DNA of 64,000 bases from an uncultured Candidatus Saccharibacteria bacterium (GCA_964399865.1 CAYNRJ010000001.1:67727-131726), one strand, 5' to 3'; positions 28,901-37,645 are shown, counted from the first letter of the stretch. Notes: generated by a model from the sequence alone, not told the origin. Numbers and translations are program-made.

Positions 28901-29133
28901 TTTTCGATTACTTTAATAGCGAATTCCTCCGTAAGAGGTAAAAAATAGACAGTATCTGCCAATTTCTCATCAGTTTGCACAGTCGCGATGTTTGGATTCA
29001 TCAAAACGACACGGACCCCCTCTTCCTTAAGTGCCTTGATCGCCTGTGAGCCTGAGTAATCGAATTCTCCAGCCTGACCGATCTTGAGGCCGCCGCTTCC
29101 GAACAAAAGCACTTTTTTAGGTTTCTTTTCCAT
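25945..29133 (-). CDS. carB: Carbamoyl-phosphate synthase large subunit
   Basis: IGQAGEFDYSGSQA, two ATP-grasp halves, NPETVSTDYD, C-terminal MGS domain. Confidence 0.99.
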   Translation of the reverse strand: MEKKPKKVLLFGSGGLKIGQAGEFDYSGSQAIKALKEEGVRVVLMNPNIATVQTDEKLADTVYFLPLTEEFAIKVIEKERPDAILLSFGGQTALNLGLALEKNGVFKKYSARVLGTPVSAIRDTEDRELFVDRLNEINVKTARSIATKSVEEALQAAEKISYPVMVRSGFALGGEGSGVVRNPEALSKKLTEVFRSVSQVLVEEYLGGWKEVEYEVVRDRADNCITVCNMENIDPMGIHTGESIVVAPSQTLTNEEYHRLREVAIKTIRHLGIVGECNIQYALNPQTGDYRVIEVNARLSRSSALASKATGYPLAFVAAKLALGYTLPELKNSVTKTTIACFEPALDYLVLKMPRWDLTKFENVTETIGTEMKSVGEVMAIGRSFEEVLQKAIRMLNIGADGFTAQKNGNFGMADYRKEIENPTPRRIFALAEALRAGVSVEEIHGMSHITPWFLEKMKNIISLEKTLASQKFDATLIRQAKQYGFSDKQLATISGTTEDKIRTIRKKLKVLPVIKQIDTLAGEFPAQTNYLYLSYHGTENDVARDNKSVAVIGSGPYCIGSSVEFDWSSVQVLKTMGTAGYRTIMINSNPETVSTDYDMSDRLYFEELTLERVLDIIDFEKPKGVVVSTGGQIPNNLALPLKKNGAKILGTDPRDIDRAEDRHTFSKLLDKLGVDQPMWAELKTMDEAAKTAAGFGYPVLIRPSYVLSGSAMKVALDEESLLKFLKKATDVSPDHPVVISKFIENAREIEIDGVAQNGKLVIYAITEHVENAGTHSGDATVVLPPQRTYLETIRRAKHITKDVIKELKITGPFNIQFIAKDNHLQVIECNVRSSRSFPFVSKVTGHNFIDIAVRAMLGEKNKQHYQTLELDYVAVKSPQFSYSRIKGVDPRSFVEMASTGEVACFGDSYGEALIKSMMAAGFRLPKKNILVSLGKEENKLKLLPSMHLLKEMGFDLWATETTADFLQGNNIPCEKVYKISTNKEPGVQSLIENGKVDLIINIPTHAFGQENTDGFVIRRKAIDMNIPLISNRQLAEGFITALHELKAGGMIAKTWSEYRGV

Positions 29134-29134
29134 A

Positions 29135-30169
29135 TTATTTCTTCAATGAGTTAAGAAACTCCTCGAATATCCAGGTTGTGTCAGTCGGTCCAGGGGTTGC
29201 TTCTGGATGGAACTGCACTGATCTCCATGGCTTTGTTTTATGCCGTATACCCTCATTTGAGCCGTCGTTTGCGTTCGTGAACCACTCTTCCCATCCAGGT
29301 GGAAGAGTTTTTGCGTCAACGGCGTATCCATGGTTCTGAGATGTGATGTAGCAGCGACCGGTTTTACTTTCTATGCACGGTTGATTTTGTGAACGGTGTC
29401 CATACTTCAGTTTTTTTGTGCGCGCTCCGACCGCAAGAGCCAGAAGTTGATTCCCAAGACAAATTCCAAGTATTGGTTTACCAGTTTTCAATGTTTTCTT
29501 TATGTTTGCTATCGTTTCCGTGCACTGAGTCGGATCTCCTGGTCCGTTTCCGAGTAGAACCGCGTCATATTTTTCGTTCGAGAAGTCGTAATTCCATGGA
29601 ACTCGGATAACTGTAGTTTCTGGGCGTACCAAACTGCGGATTATGTTCTCCTTCATTCCGCAATCTACAGCAATGATGCGTATCTGACCGTTCCCGTACT
29701 CCTTTTTTTTAGTAGGTGAGACTTTAGCAACGAGATTCTCCTTGTTTGGGTCGACAAATTTTCCTCCAGCACCCGATTCAACGAGTTGTCCAAGCATGAC
29801 ACCTTGTTCGCGCAGACGTTTGGTGAGAGCGCGTGCATCCACGCCGGTAATTGCAGGTACGCCGGATTCCTTTAGCCAATTGCCTAGGGATTTTATAGCG
29901 CCACTGTGAGAGTAATGTTCAGAATATTCGGAAACAACGAGTCCTGCCACCTGAATCTTGTTTGACTCAAAAAATCTTGCGTCTGGCACGCCGTAGTTAC
30001 CCACGAGAGGGTAGGTGCACACAAGAATCTGTCCTGCGAATGACGGATCAGTAAGACTTTCAACGTATCCAACCATTCCTGTGCCGAAAACCACTTCACC
30101 CGTTGCATTTACCGGCGCGCCGAAGCTTTTTCCCTCTACTTTTGTACCGTCTTTGAGAATTAATTTCAT
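29135..30169 (-). CDS. carA: Carbamoyl-phosphate synthase small subunit
   Basis: GEVVF.TGMVGY.ESLTDPS, GNGPGDP, GICLG nucleophile, QFHPE. Confidence 0.98.
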   Translation of the reverse strand: MKLILKDGTKVEGKSFGAPVNATGEVVFGTGMVGYVESLTDPSFAGQILVCTYPLVGNYGVPDARFFESNKIQVAGLVVSEYSEHYSHSGAIKSLGNWLKESGVPAITGVDARALTKRLREQGVMLGQLVESGAGGKFVDPNKENLVAKVSPTKKKEYGNGQIRIIAVDCGMKENIIRSLVRPETTVIRVPWNYDFSNEKYDAVLLGNGPGDPTQCTETIANIKKTLKTGKPILGICLGNQLLALAVGARTKKLKYGHRSQNQPCIESKTGRCYITSQNHGYAVDAKTLPPGWEEWFTNANDGSNEGIRHKTKPWRSVQFHPEATPGPTDTTWIFEEFLNSLKK

Positions 30170-30334
30170 ATTCGTGTAGACCCTGCTTCGCTAAAGCTTC
30201 GAAGGGTAAGAAAAAACCCGCTAACGGCGGGTGAAAGTGACGAGTATAAAAATACACCCGGGCGGGTGTTCTTCTGATTACGCTTTCGGAGGGACATTAA
30301 AAATAAAGTATAGCGGTTTTAGAACTTCTGTCAA
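30166..30334 (-). promoter_or_regulatory. carAB promoter plus putative leader-peptide attenuator
   Basis: TTGACA-N16-TATACT (30334-30307); 43-aa uORF 30297-30166 whose TGA overlaps the carA ATG; hairpin, U-rich tract, then terminator ACCCGC-CGTTA-GCGGGT-TTTTT. Confidence 0.65.
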
Positions 30335-30339
30335 GTTTC

Positions 30340-30348
30340 TGTGGATAA
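30340..30348 (-). promoter_or_regulatory. Consensus DnaA box
   Basis: TGTGGATAA, i.e. TTATCCACA on the minus strand, between the divergent carA and uvrC promoters. Confidence 0.4.
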
Positions 30349-30364
30349 TTGTATACTCGGAAAC

Positions 30365-31591
30365 ATGATTCGTGAGGAATTGAAACAATACGATCTTCCT
30401 GACAGCCCCGGCGTCTACCTATTTAAGGGTGGGCGAAAGATTTTGTATATCGGAAAAGCAGCGTCTCTTCGTGATCGTGTGCGCAGTTATTTTGCATCCG
30501 ACCTTGCAGATACACGGAGTCCTGCTGTTGCGGGAATGGTAGAGAAGGCCACATCGCTTTCATGGCAAGAAGCTGGTTCAGTTCTTGAGGCACTGATCCT
30601 AGAAGCAAACCTTATAAAGAAGCATCAGCCACCATACAACACCGACGAAAAGGATAATAAGAGTTTTAACTACGTCGTAATTACAAAAGAAGACTTTCCG
30701 CGTGTTCTTCTCATTCGCGGACGCGAACTTGCTCAAGGATGGAGTGATGGAGACATCAAACACTTGTTTGGACCATATCCCCACGGAGGGCAACTTAGGG
30801 AAGCGCTGAAAATGATACGGCGGATATTCCCATTTAGAGATACATGCGACCCGATCACCGGAAAACCATGTTTTAACAGACAGATCGGACTTTGTCCGGG
30901 AGTTTGTTCAGGAGAAATGAGCAAAACAGAGTATGCGAAGACGATCCGAAACCTTAAAGAGCTGCTTTCCGGAAATTTTAAGGGTCTGAAGCGTCAGCTT
31001 GCTCGCGACATGAAATATGCCTCGGAAAATGAAGATTTCGAAGCTGCTTCGGAGCTCAGAAGGCAAGTGGGAGCGCTTGAACACATACGAGACGTATCGC
31101 TCATTAAAGATGAGAAGAGAATTGCATTCGGGGGACCCTCCACTCTTCGCAGCTCTCGAATCGAAGCGTATGACGTGGCTCACACTGCCGGCTCTGAGAC
31201 TGTTGCAGTCATGACGGTCGTAGAAGACGGCGAAGCCTCGAAAAACGAATACAGGAAGTTTAAGATCCGTTCAGTTAAAAATGACGATGTAGCGGCACTC
31301 AAGGAGGCTCTCTCGAGGCGCCTTAATCACCCTGAGTGGCCTCTTCCTCGTATATTTGTAGTTGACGGCGGAAAAGGGCAGGTGCGAGCCGCAGAAGGTA
31401 TTCTCGAGGGCGCTGGCGTTGTTATTCCGGTTGTTGGTGTAGTGAAAAATGAATTTCACAAACCGGAACGCCTAATCGGAGATCAAAAACTGATCGAGGT
31501 CCACGAGAAAGATATCGTTCTCGCGAATTCCGAGGCTCATAGGTACGGGATCGGTTGGCATCGAACGAGATTGCGCCGGGCGATGATATAA
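30365..31591 (+). CDS. uvrC: Excinuclease ABC subunit C (short form)
   Basis: GIY-YIG domain (PGVYLF..LYIGKA), Cys cluster, UVR domain, RIEAYDVAH...VDGGKGQ RNase H-like domain; no C-terminal HhH domain. Confidence 0.9.
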   Translation: MIREELKQYDLPDSPGVYLFKGGRKILYIGKAASLRDRVRSYFASDLADTRSPAVAGMVEKATSLSWQEAGSVLEALILEANLIKKHQPPYNTDEKDNKSFNYVVITKEDFPRVLLIRGRELAQGWSDGDIKHLFGPYPHGGQLREALKMIRRIFPFRDTCDPITGKPCFNRQIGLCPGVCSGEMSKTEYAKTIRNLKELLSGNFKGLKRQLARDMKYASENEDFEAASELRRQVGALEHIRDVSLIKDEKRIAFGGPSTLRSSRIEAYDVAHTAGSETVAVMTVVEDGEASKNEYRKFKIRSVKNDDVAALKEALSRRLNHPEWPLPRIFVVDGGKGQVRAAEGILEGAGVVIPVVGVVKNEFHKPERLIGDQKLIEVHEKDIVLANSEAHRYGIGWHRTRLRRAMI

Positions 31592-31598
31592 TCTTGGG

Positions 31599-32567
31599 AT
31601 GGCACGTACGACTGTTGGCGTACTCCGCGGTGGAACTTCGAGCGAATACAATCTCTCGCTCAAAACTGGTGCGAGAATGCTCTCTGAATTGCCTGAAGAG
31701 AAATACGATACACGGGATATTTTCATAGATAAGAGTGGAACGTGGCATTTACGCGGTGTTCCTACAGATCCAGGCCGCGCCCTCTCTCAAATAGATGTCG
31801 TGTTGAACGCACTCCATGGCGGATCCGGTGAAGACGGCACTGTGCAAAGAATTCTCCATCGTTTTGGTATACCGTATGCTGGTTCAACACCGCATGCGTC
31901 TGCTGTTTCTCACAATAAGGTGCTGGCGCGTGATGCCATGCGCAAGGCGGGTATTCGCATTCCGCGTGGAGTGGCATTTTCTGTGAACGATGATCTCAAT
32001 ACTGCGGAAATGGCGCGTGCTGTGCATGCGCAGTTTGCCCCACCGTATGTCGTAAAGCCTCCACAGGAAGGTTCTGGATATGGTATTCGCATTGCCCCAA
32101 CAGTAATTGAGCTTGCGCATGTGATCGGGGACATTCTCGATGCGTACGGTGCCGCTCTGGTTGAAGAATTCATGATAGGTGAGCAGGCGACCGCGTTTAT
32201 TCTAGAAGGATATCGTAAGGAAGACCTCTACGCCTTTCCCCCAGTTCACACAATCCTTCCTGAGGGTGAAAAATGGATACACTCACGTATCCATGAAGAG
32301 AATCTCGCGCGTCATATCGCGCCAAGTAACTTCACCTTTGAAGATAAGCAGGCGATTGCAGAGTTAGCTCGTCAGGTTCACAAGGCGCTCCAGCTGTCAC
32401 ATTTTTCGGTTGTTGGACTTATCCTGACATCCCGGGGGCCATTCGTTATTGAGGTCGATTTGGTGCCACCTTTACACCATTCATCGCCACTCCATGCGGC
32501 CTTGGAGTCAGTCGGCTCCTCGGTACGAGAATTCCTTGAGCACGCTATTTATCTTGCGAGAAGGTGA
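31599..32567 (+). CDS. D-Ala-D-Ala ligase-like ATP-grasp protein (degenerate active site)
   Basis: GGTSSEYNLSL and ALHGGSGEDGTVQ Ddl N-terminal motifs; C-terminal RxD and ExNxxPG motifs altered. Confidence 0.8.
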   Translation: MARTTVGVLRGGTSSEYNLSLKTGARMLSELPEEKYDTRDIFIDKSGTWHLRGVPTDPGRALSQIDVVLNALHGGSGEDGTVQRILHRFGIPYAGSTPHASAVSHNKVLARDAMRKAGIRIPRGVAFSVNDDLNTAEMARAVHAQFAPPYVVKPPQEGSGYGIRIAPTVIELAHVIGDILDAYGAALVEEFMIGEQATAFILEGYRKEDLYAFPPVHTILPEGEKWIHSRIHEENLARHIAPSNFTFEDKQAIAELARQVHKALQLSHFSVVGLILTSRGPFVIEVDLVPPLHHSSPLHAALESVGSSVREFLEHAIYLARR

Positions 32568-32591
32568 GAAAATGCTAGATTTCTAGCTACA

Positions 32592-32663
32592 GGGCCAGTA
32601 GTTCAGTGGTAGAACGTCTCATTTGCAATGAGAAAGTCGGGGGTTCGATTCCTCTCTGGTCCA
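32592..32663 (+). tRNA. tRNA-Ala (anticodon TGC), CCA not encoded
   Basis: Acceptor GGGCCAG/CTGGTCC with G3-U70 and A73; D arm GTTC-AGTGGTA-GAAC; anticodon arm TCTCA-TTTGCAA-TGAGA; T loop GGTTCGATTCC. Confidence 0.97.
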
Positions 32664-32672
32664 CACATTTAT

Positions 32673-33884
32673 ATGTTCACTCAAAACAACGTAAAGGCAC
32701 TGACTATAGATCTCAAGAAAGACGGCTGGGATAAAAGCCGTGGCTTTATTTTACGAGAAGTTCCTATGCCGATATTGGATGAAAAAAATAATCCAGACGA
32801 CGCTCTTTCCGTCATTTTGAAGATTAAATACGCAGGTGTATGCGGCTCCGATCGAGGGCTTTGGTATCGTCGCGCATTCAAGGACATGGTGCATGAATCA
32901 CTGAAGAAGGAGGGGAAAAGCATGCGTATCACTGGGCATGAATTCGTGGGAGAAGTAGTCCAAGTCGGCTCAATGGTATCGCGCTTGTATCACGACCCTG
33001 ACGAGAAGAATCCCGTGAAGATTGAAAAGGGAAGCCTCGTTTCTGGGGACTCGCATGTGACTTGCGGCAGATGCTACCAGTGTCGTATCGGAGAAGAACA
33101 TGTCTGCATGAACGAAGCAATTCTTGGAATTTCAATAGACGGAATCTTCTCTGAATATGTAAAAGTGCCTGCGAGAAACCTTTGGGCAGTAGACGAAAGA
33201 CGAATCCGCCCTGAAATCGCTGCAATTCTTGATCCGTTTGGTAATGCCGTGCATGCGACCACTGTTACCGATTTCCGTGGACAGCGTGTCGCGGTCTTTG
33301 GAGCAGGAGCGATCGGCATGTTTGCAATTCTTCTCTTACAGAGATTCGGCGCAGCAAAAATTATTGCGATAGATGTCAACGACGCGAATCTGAAAATTGC
33401 GAAAGAGCTTGGGGCACACGAGACAATTTTGGTTAAGAAATCGAATAAGAAGAATGAATGGGATGTTGATCAAGAGGCAGTGGATAAGATAATGGAGCTT
33501 ACGTACGGCAAAGGAGTGGATGTTTCTATGGAAATGGCAGGTGCTCCTGCTTCTTTCAATAACTGTGTTCAGGCAACTCGTCGCGGTGGCCATGTCGTAG
33601 CATTTGGTATTAAGGACGGAGATATGACTATTCCTAATTTCTCTCGCATGATAGTCGTACGCGGCCTCACCATTCACGGCATTATCGGACGTGAAATATT
33701 CAAGACATGGCAAATCGCACAACGCATGCTTTCAGATAAGACCAATGGCATCCAAGACAAGATTTGGAATGTAATTTTAAAGGGCGGTAAGGGAACGGTC
33801 CTCGATTTCAAGAAATTTTCTCCCGAAACATTCGAAAAGGCTATGGACGGAAATCCTAAAATAATGTTCAAAATTAACGGCTAA
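32673..33884 (+). CDS. tdh: L-threonine 3-dehydrogenase-like Zn alcohol dehydrogenase
   Basis: GVCGSD, GHEFVG, CGRCYQC..C, DPFGNAVH; adjacent to kbl. Confidence 0.85.
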   Translation: MFTQNNVKALTIDLKKDGWDKSRGFILREVPMPILDEKNNPDDALSVILKIKYAGVCGSDRGLWYRRAFKDMVHESLKKEGKSMRITGHEFVGEVVQVGSMVSRLYHDPDEKNPVKIEKGSLVSGDSHVTCGRCYQCRIGEEHVCMNEAILGISIDGIFSEYVKVPARNLWAVDERRIRPEIAAILDPFGNAVHATTVTDFRGQRVAVFGAGAIGMFAILLLQRFGAAKIIAIDVNDANLKIAKELGAHETILVKKSNKKNEWDVDQEAVDKIMELTYGKGVDVSMEMAGAPASFNNCVQATRRGGHVVAFGIKDGDMTIPNFSRMIVVRGLTIHGIIGREIFKTWQIAQRMLSDKTNGIQDKIWNVILKGGKGTVLDFKKFSPETFEKAMDGNPKIMFKING

Positions 33885-33890
33885 GCCGCT

Positions 33891-35075
33891 ATGTATAAAA
33901 GCTTAAAACCAATTCTAGAGCAGGAATTAGCGGCAGCGAAGGAGAATGGAACCTACAAGACCGAGCGAGTTTTAGAGTCGGCACAGGGTCGTGAGATAAC
34001 TGTTGGCGGTAAAAAGTATCTCAATTTTTGTGCAAATAACTATCTTGGTTTCTCCGGCACTGAATTAATGGAGAAAGCTTCCGAAGAGGCAGTAAAGAAA
34101 TGGGGCTATGGACTCGCGTCAGTTCGATTCATTTGTGGGACGCAAACGATTCATAAGGATCTTGAAAAATCTGTCGCATCACTTGTTGGGACGGAAGACG
34201 CGGTGATCTACTCGTCATGCTTTATGGCGAACGTGGGACTGTTCCAAACGTTCTTTGGCGAGCAAGACGCAATCATAAGTGATGAACTCAACCACGCCTC
34301 AATTATTGATGCGGTTCGTCTTACTAAATCCGAACGCCACGTCTTTAAGCACATGGATATGGCGGATTTGGAGGAGAAATTGAAGGCAACAGCTGGAAAA
34401 AGGTTGCGCATAATCGCAACCGACGGTGTTTTCAGTATGGACGGTGACATTGCTCCGCTTAAGGCGATCTGTGACTTAGCGGACAAATATGAAGCACTTG
34501 TAATGGTGGATGATGCACACGCAGTCGGTGTCATGGGTAAGAATGGCGGCGGAACGCCTGAGGAATGCGGTGTTCAAGACCGAGTGGATTTCGTTACAGG
34601 GACATTCGGGAAGGCGCTCGGCGGCGCTGGCGGCGCGTTTACTGCAACTCATAAGGAAGCAGCGGATTATCTTCGCAATCGATCTCGTTCCTATCTATTC
34701 TCAAACTCACTTGATACCGCAGTCACAGGCGCATCACTTTTCCTCATCGACTACCTCAAGTCGCATCCAGAATATAGAGAAAGATTGTGGAGCAACGTGA
34801 AGTTGTTCCGTGCGAAAATGAAAGAAAATGGTTTCTCGGTGTCTGATGCGCAGCATCCAATAACTCCAATTATGCTCGGCGACGAGAAGAAGGCGCTTGA
34901 GATGGCAAAGGCACTCTTCGATGTCGGAATTTATGTTATCGGGTTCGCGTTTCCAGTTGTGCCGAAGGGGAAGGCACGTATCCGTGTCCAAGTTTCCGCG
35001 GCGCACACGCCAGAAGATATCGAGACAGCTGTCGAGAAATTCACTGAAGTTGGGAAAAAATTCGGCGTGATCTAG
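33891..35075 (+). CDS. kbl: Glycine C-acetyltransferase (2-amino-3-ketobutyrate CoA ligase)
   Basis: NFCANNYLG, SVRFICGTQ, NHASIID, DGVFSMDG, TFGKALGG, ARIRVQVSA. Confidence 0.95.
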   Translation: MYKSLKPILEQELAAAKENGTYKTERVLESAQGREITVGGKKYLNFCANNYLGFSGTELMEKASEEAVKKWGYGLASVRFICGTQTIHKDLEKSVASLVGTEDAVIYSSCFMANVGLFQTFFGEQDAIISDELNHASIIDAVRLTKSERHVFKHMDMADLEEKLKATAGKRLRIIATDGVFSMDGDIAPLKAICDLADKYEALVMVDDAHAVGVMGKNGGGTPEECGVQDRVDFVTGTFGKALGGAGGAFTATHKEAADYLRNRSRSYLFSNSLDTAVTGASLFLIDYLKSHPEYRERLWSNVKLFRAKMKENGFSVSDAQHPITPIMLGDEKKALEMAKALFDVGIYVIGFAFPVVPKGKARIRVQVSAAHTPEDIETAVEKFTEVGKKFGVI

Positions 35076-36106
35076 TAGGGGCGCTGTTTCTCCATCTCCT
35101 CGGAATACTTTCCCTGAGCAGCGAGGGAGTTCATCTTTGAGCGGAAGAGGAACGCTTCTTGTGCCTCGCCGACATTACCTTTGATGTCCTTTGACCAGAT
35201 GTTGAGGACCGGATTTTGAATGGCGCGGGCATAGGAGAATGAAAGCGGCCACGGAAGCTTTCCCTGACCCATTTGCACCATTTTGTTGAGGTGTGCTGTT
35301 GATTGCTCATCGCCTTGGCCACCAGAGAGGAACACGACGCCGGCTAGATTTGGTGGAACTTCTTCCTTAAGTACGCGAAGTGTCTGATCAGCAACTTCGT
35401 CCACTGAGGACTGTTTCGCAGCTTTCTTTCCCGCGATCACCATACTCGTCTTTAAAATCACCCCTTCAAGAGCAACATGTTGTCGCTCGAGCTCCTCGAA
35501 AAGCTCCTCGTGGGTTTCCTCCGTTACCTCAAAACATCTCTCAATCGAATGATCGCCGTCAATGAGTACTTCAGGTTCTACCATTGGAACGATGTCAGCC
35601 TCCTGACAAAGAGCTGCGTAGCGAGCGAGCGCATGCGCATTCGAGTGAATGCACGCCTCAGTCGGCATGTCCTTTCCGATGGTGATGACTGCACGCCATT
35701 TAGCGAATTTCGCACCGAGCGCACTGTATTCAGCAAGACGATCACGAAGGCCATCTAATCCCTCAGTGATCTTTTCTCCAGGGTGAAGCGCCATATCCTT
35801 TGCGCCTGTGTCCACCTTAATTCCAGGGAGAATACCTTTGGATGCAAGATATGCGGGAATGGAAGTGCCGTCGTCTAATTTCTGACGAAGTGTCTCATCG
35901 TACAGAATCACACCACTTATGTACTGTTCTATACCAGGCGAGGTGAGCATTGTCTGACGGTATAAGCGGCGATTCTCCTCGTTGCATTCCACGCCCACGG
36001 ACTCAAATCGTTTCTGACATGTTGAAGCGCTTTCATCAGCGGCAAGAACTCCTTTTCCCGGGGCAACCATTTTCTTCGCAGTGTCTTTAAGTAAATTTAT
36101 ATCCAT
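35072..36106 (-). CDS. Fructose-bisphosphate aldolase class I
   Basis: GKGVLAADES, GIKVD, FAKWRAV, PMVEPEVL, FLSGGQ, SFSYARAIQ. Confidence 0.96.
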   Translation of the reverse strand: MDINLLKDTAKKMVAPGKGVLAADESASTCQKRFESVGVECNEENRRLYRQTMLTSPGIEQYISGVILYDETLRQKLDDGTSIPAYLASKGILPGIKVDTGAKDMALHPGEKITEGLDGLRDRLAEYSALGAKFAKWRAVITIGKDMPTEACIHSNAHALARYAALCQEADIVPMVEPEVLIDGDHSIERCFEVTEETHEELFEELERQHVALEGVILKTSMVIAGKKAAKQSSVDEVADQTLRVLKEEVPPNLAGVVFLSGGQGDEQSTAHLNKMVQMGQGKLPWPLSFSYARAIQNPVLNIWSKDIKGNVGEAQEAFLFRSKMNSLAAQGKYSEEMEKQRPY

Positions 36107-36111
36107 ACGAT

Positions 36112-37074
36112 TTATTTATTAATATGACGCGTCTTTATAAAGCGAACAGTCTTTGGCTCTGTGCTCATAACGAGCGAGTGTGTGGTAATTGCTTCCGGGA
36201 TAAAGGTAACGCCTTCTGCGAGGGGGCCGGTGATCACGCCTGTCGCTATAAAGCTGATGTTGTTACCTTTTGCGAGGTCATTTGTCCTGAATATTGGTGT
36301 GAAATCAGTAATACCTGCCTTATTAAGACGCGCAATATGCTTTTCGTCCTTCGGCTGCCAACGACAAATGAGTTCGCCATTTAATGCTCGGAGTGCGGCA
36401 GCGGAAATGACCGCCTCTGCACTGCCTCCAACGCCCATAAGAATATCGATAGGGGAATCTCGCAGGCATGTTGCAATAGCCATCGAGACATCTCCGTCGG
36501 TGAAGAGTTGCACTCGCGCACCAGCAGCACGGATCTCTTCGACGAGACCTTCGTGACGCGGTCTATCGAGAACAGCAACAGTTATCTCGCCAACGTCCTT
36601 TCCAAGAGCTTTTGCAACCTTCGTCACGTTGTCTTTTGCAGGAGCATCGATGTCTATGACAGAAGCAGCTGCGCGGCCCACAGCGATCTTCTGCATGTAC
36701 GAGTCTGCGGCTCGATAGAGGGATCCTTCCGGGCCGATTGCTATCACAGAAACTGCGTTTGGTCGTCCGTATGCAACGGAGCTTGTGCATTCCAGTGGAT
36801 CAATCGCGATCTCTACAAGAGGACCCTTTCCACTCCCAAGTTTTTCGCCGATGTAGAGCTCCGCAGCCTCATCTTTTGCGCCCTCACCGATCACGATCTC
36901 GCCGTTGAAATCCATCGAGTTAAATTGTGCACGGATCGCATCAACTGCAGCTTGATCGGCGGCATGACTATCACCTTTCCCGATCCAACGGGCTGAGGCG
37001 ATAGCGCCGAGTTCAGTCGCGCGCACCAAATCTAGAGCGAGGTTGGCGAAGGTGGAGTTTTTGATTTCCGCCAT
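36112..37074 (-). CDS. glpX: Fructose-1,6-bisphosphatase class II
   Basis: ADQAAV, VIGEG.KDEA..LYIGE, IDPLE, LDRPRH, DGDV. Confidence 0.93.
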   Translation of the reverse strand: MAEIKNSTFANLALDLVRATELGAIASARWIGKGDSHAADQAAVDAIRAQFNSMDFNGEIVIGEGAKDEAAELYIGEKLGSGKGPLVEIAIDPLECTSSVAYGRPNAVSVIAIGPEGSLYRAADSYMQKIAVGRAAASVIDIDAPAKDNVTKVAKALGKDVGEITVAVLDRPRHEGLVEEIRAAGARVQLFTDGDVSMAIATCLRDSPIDILMGVGGSAEAVISAAALRALNGELICRWQPKDEKHIARLNKAGITDFTPIFRTNDLAKGNNISFIATGVITGPLAEGVTFIPEAITTHSLVMSTEPKTVRFIKTRHINK

Positions 37075-37274
37075 ATATATAAGTGCCCGCATTATACTCC
37101 CCGGCCTATAAAAATCGCAATGATTTAGCCTGTGGATGCAAGATTGACTATTTTTCGCCCGGCGGTACGATTGCCTCGAATGTATGGTTTCCAGTGCGCC
37201 GACGGTTGTGTAAACCTAGAGGAGCAGAGGAAAAGGCGATCTACATCATTAAAGGAATACACAACCAAAATACA

Positions 37275-37628
37275 ATGGCTAAGAAGTTATATGTCGGTGG
37301 GTTGCCTTACAGCACGACCGACGCTGAGCTCAAGGACGCCTTTTCTCAGGCTGGAACTGTGGAGTCAGCTGTCATCATCATGGACAAGATGAGCGGCCGA
37401 TCCAAGGGTTTCGGTTTCGTTGAAATGTCTTCCGACGAGGAAGCACAGAAGGCAATTGAGATGTGGAATGGTAAGGACTTCGGCGGTCGCTCACTCACAG
37501 TGAACGAAGCTCGTCCTATGGAGGAACGTCCTCGTGGAGGTGGTTTCCGTGGCGGTTCAAGTGACCGTGGCGGATACAGCGGCGGTGGACGCGGTGGAGG
37601 AAATGGAGGTGGAGGCAGAAGCTGGTAA
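37275..37628 (+). CDS. RRM RNA-binding protein with Gly-rich tail
   Basis: KKLYVGGL (RNP2), RSKGFGFVEM (RNP1), RGG tail. Promoter TTGACT-N17-TACGAT ~100 nt upstream. Confidence 0.96.
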   Translation: MAKKLYVGGLPYSTTDAELKDAFSQAGTVESAVIIMDKMSGRSKGFGFVEMSSDEEAQKAIEMWNGKDFGGRSLTVNEARPMEERPRGGGFRGGSSDRGGYSGGGRGGGNGGGGRSW

Positions 37629-37645
37629 CACAGCTTTTAGCTGAA

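Noticed and set aside
30181-30206. Short palindrome CCCTGCTTCGCTAAAGCTTCGAAGGG as a separate mobile element
   Set aside because: It looks like a small REP-like palindrome but occurs once in the window, so it cannot be supported as a family here.
32628-32672. ORF-track N-terminal extension of tdh
   Set aside because: Overlaps the tRNA-Ala gene; the real start is more likely ATG 32673.
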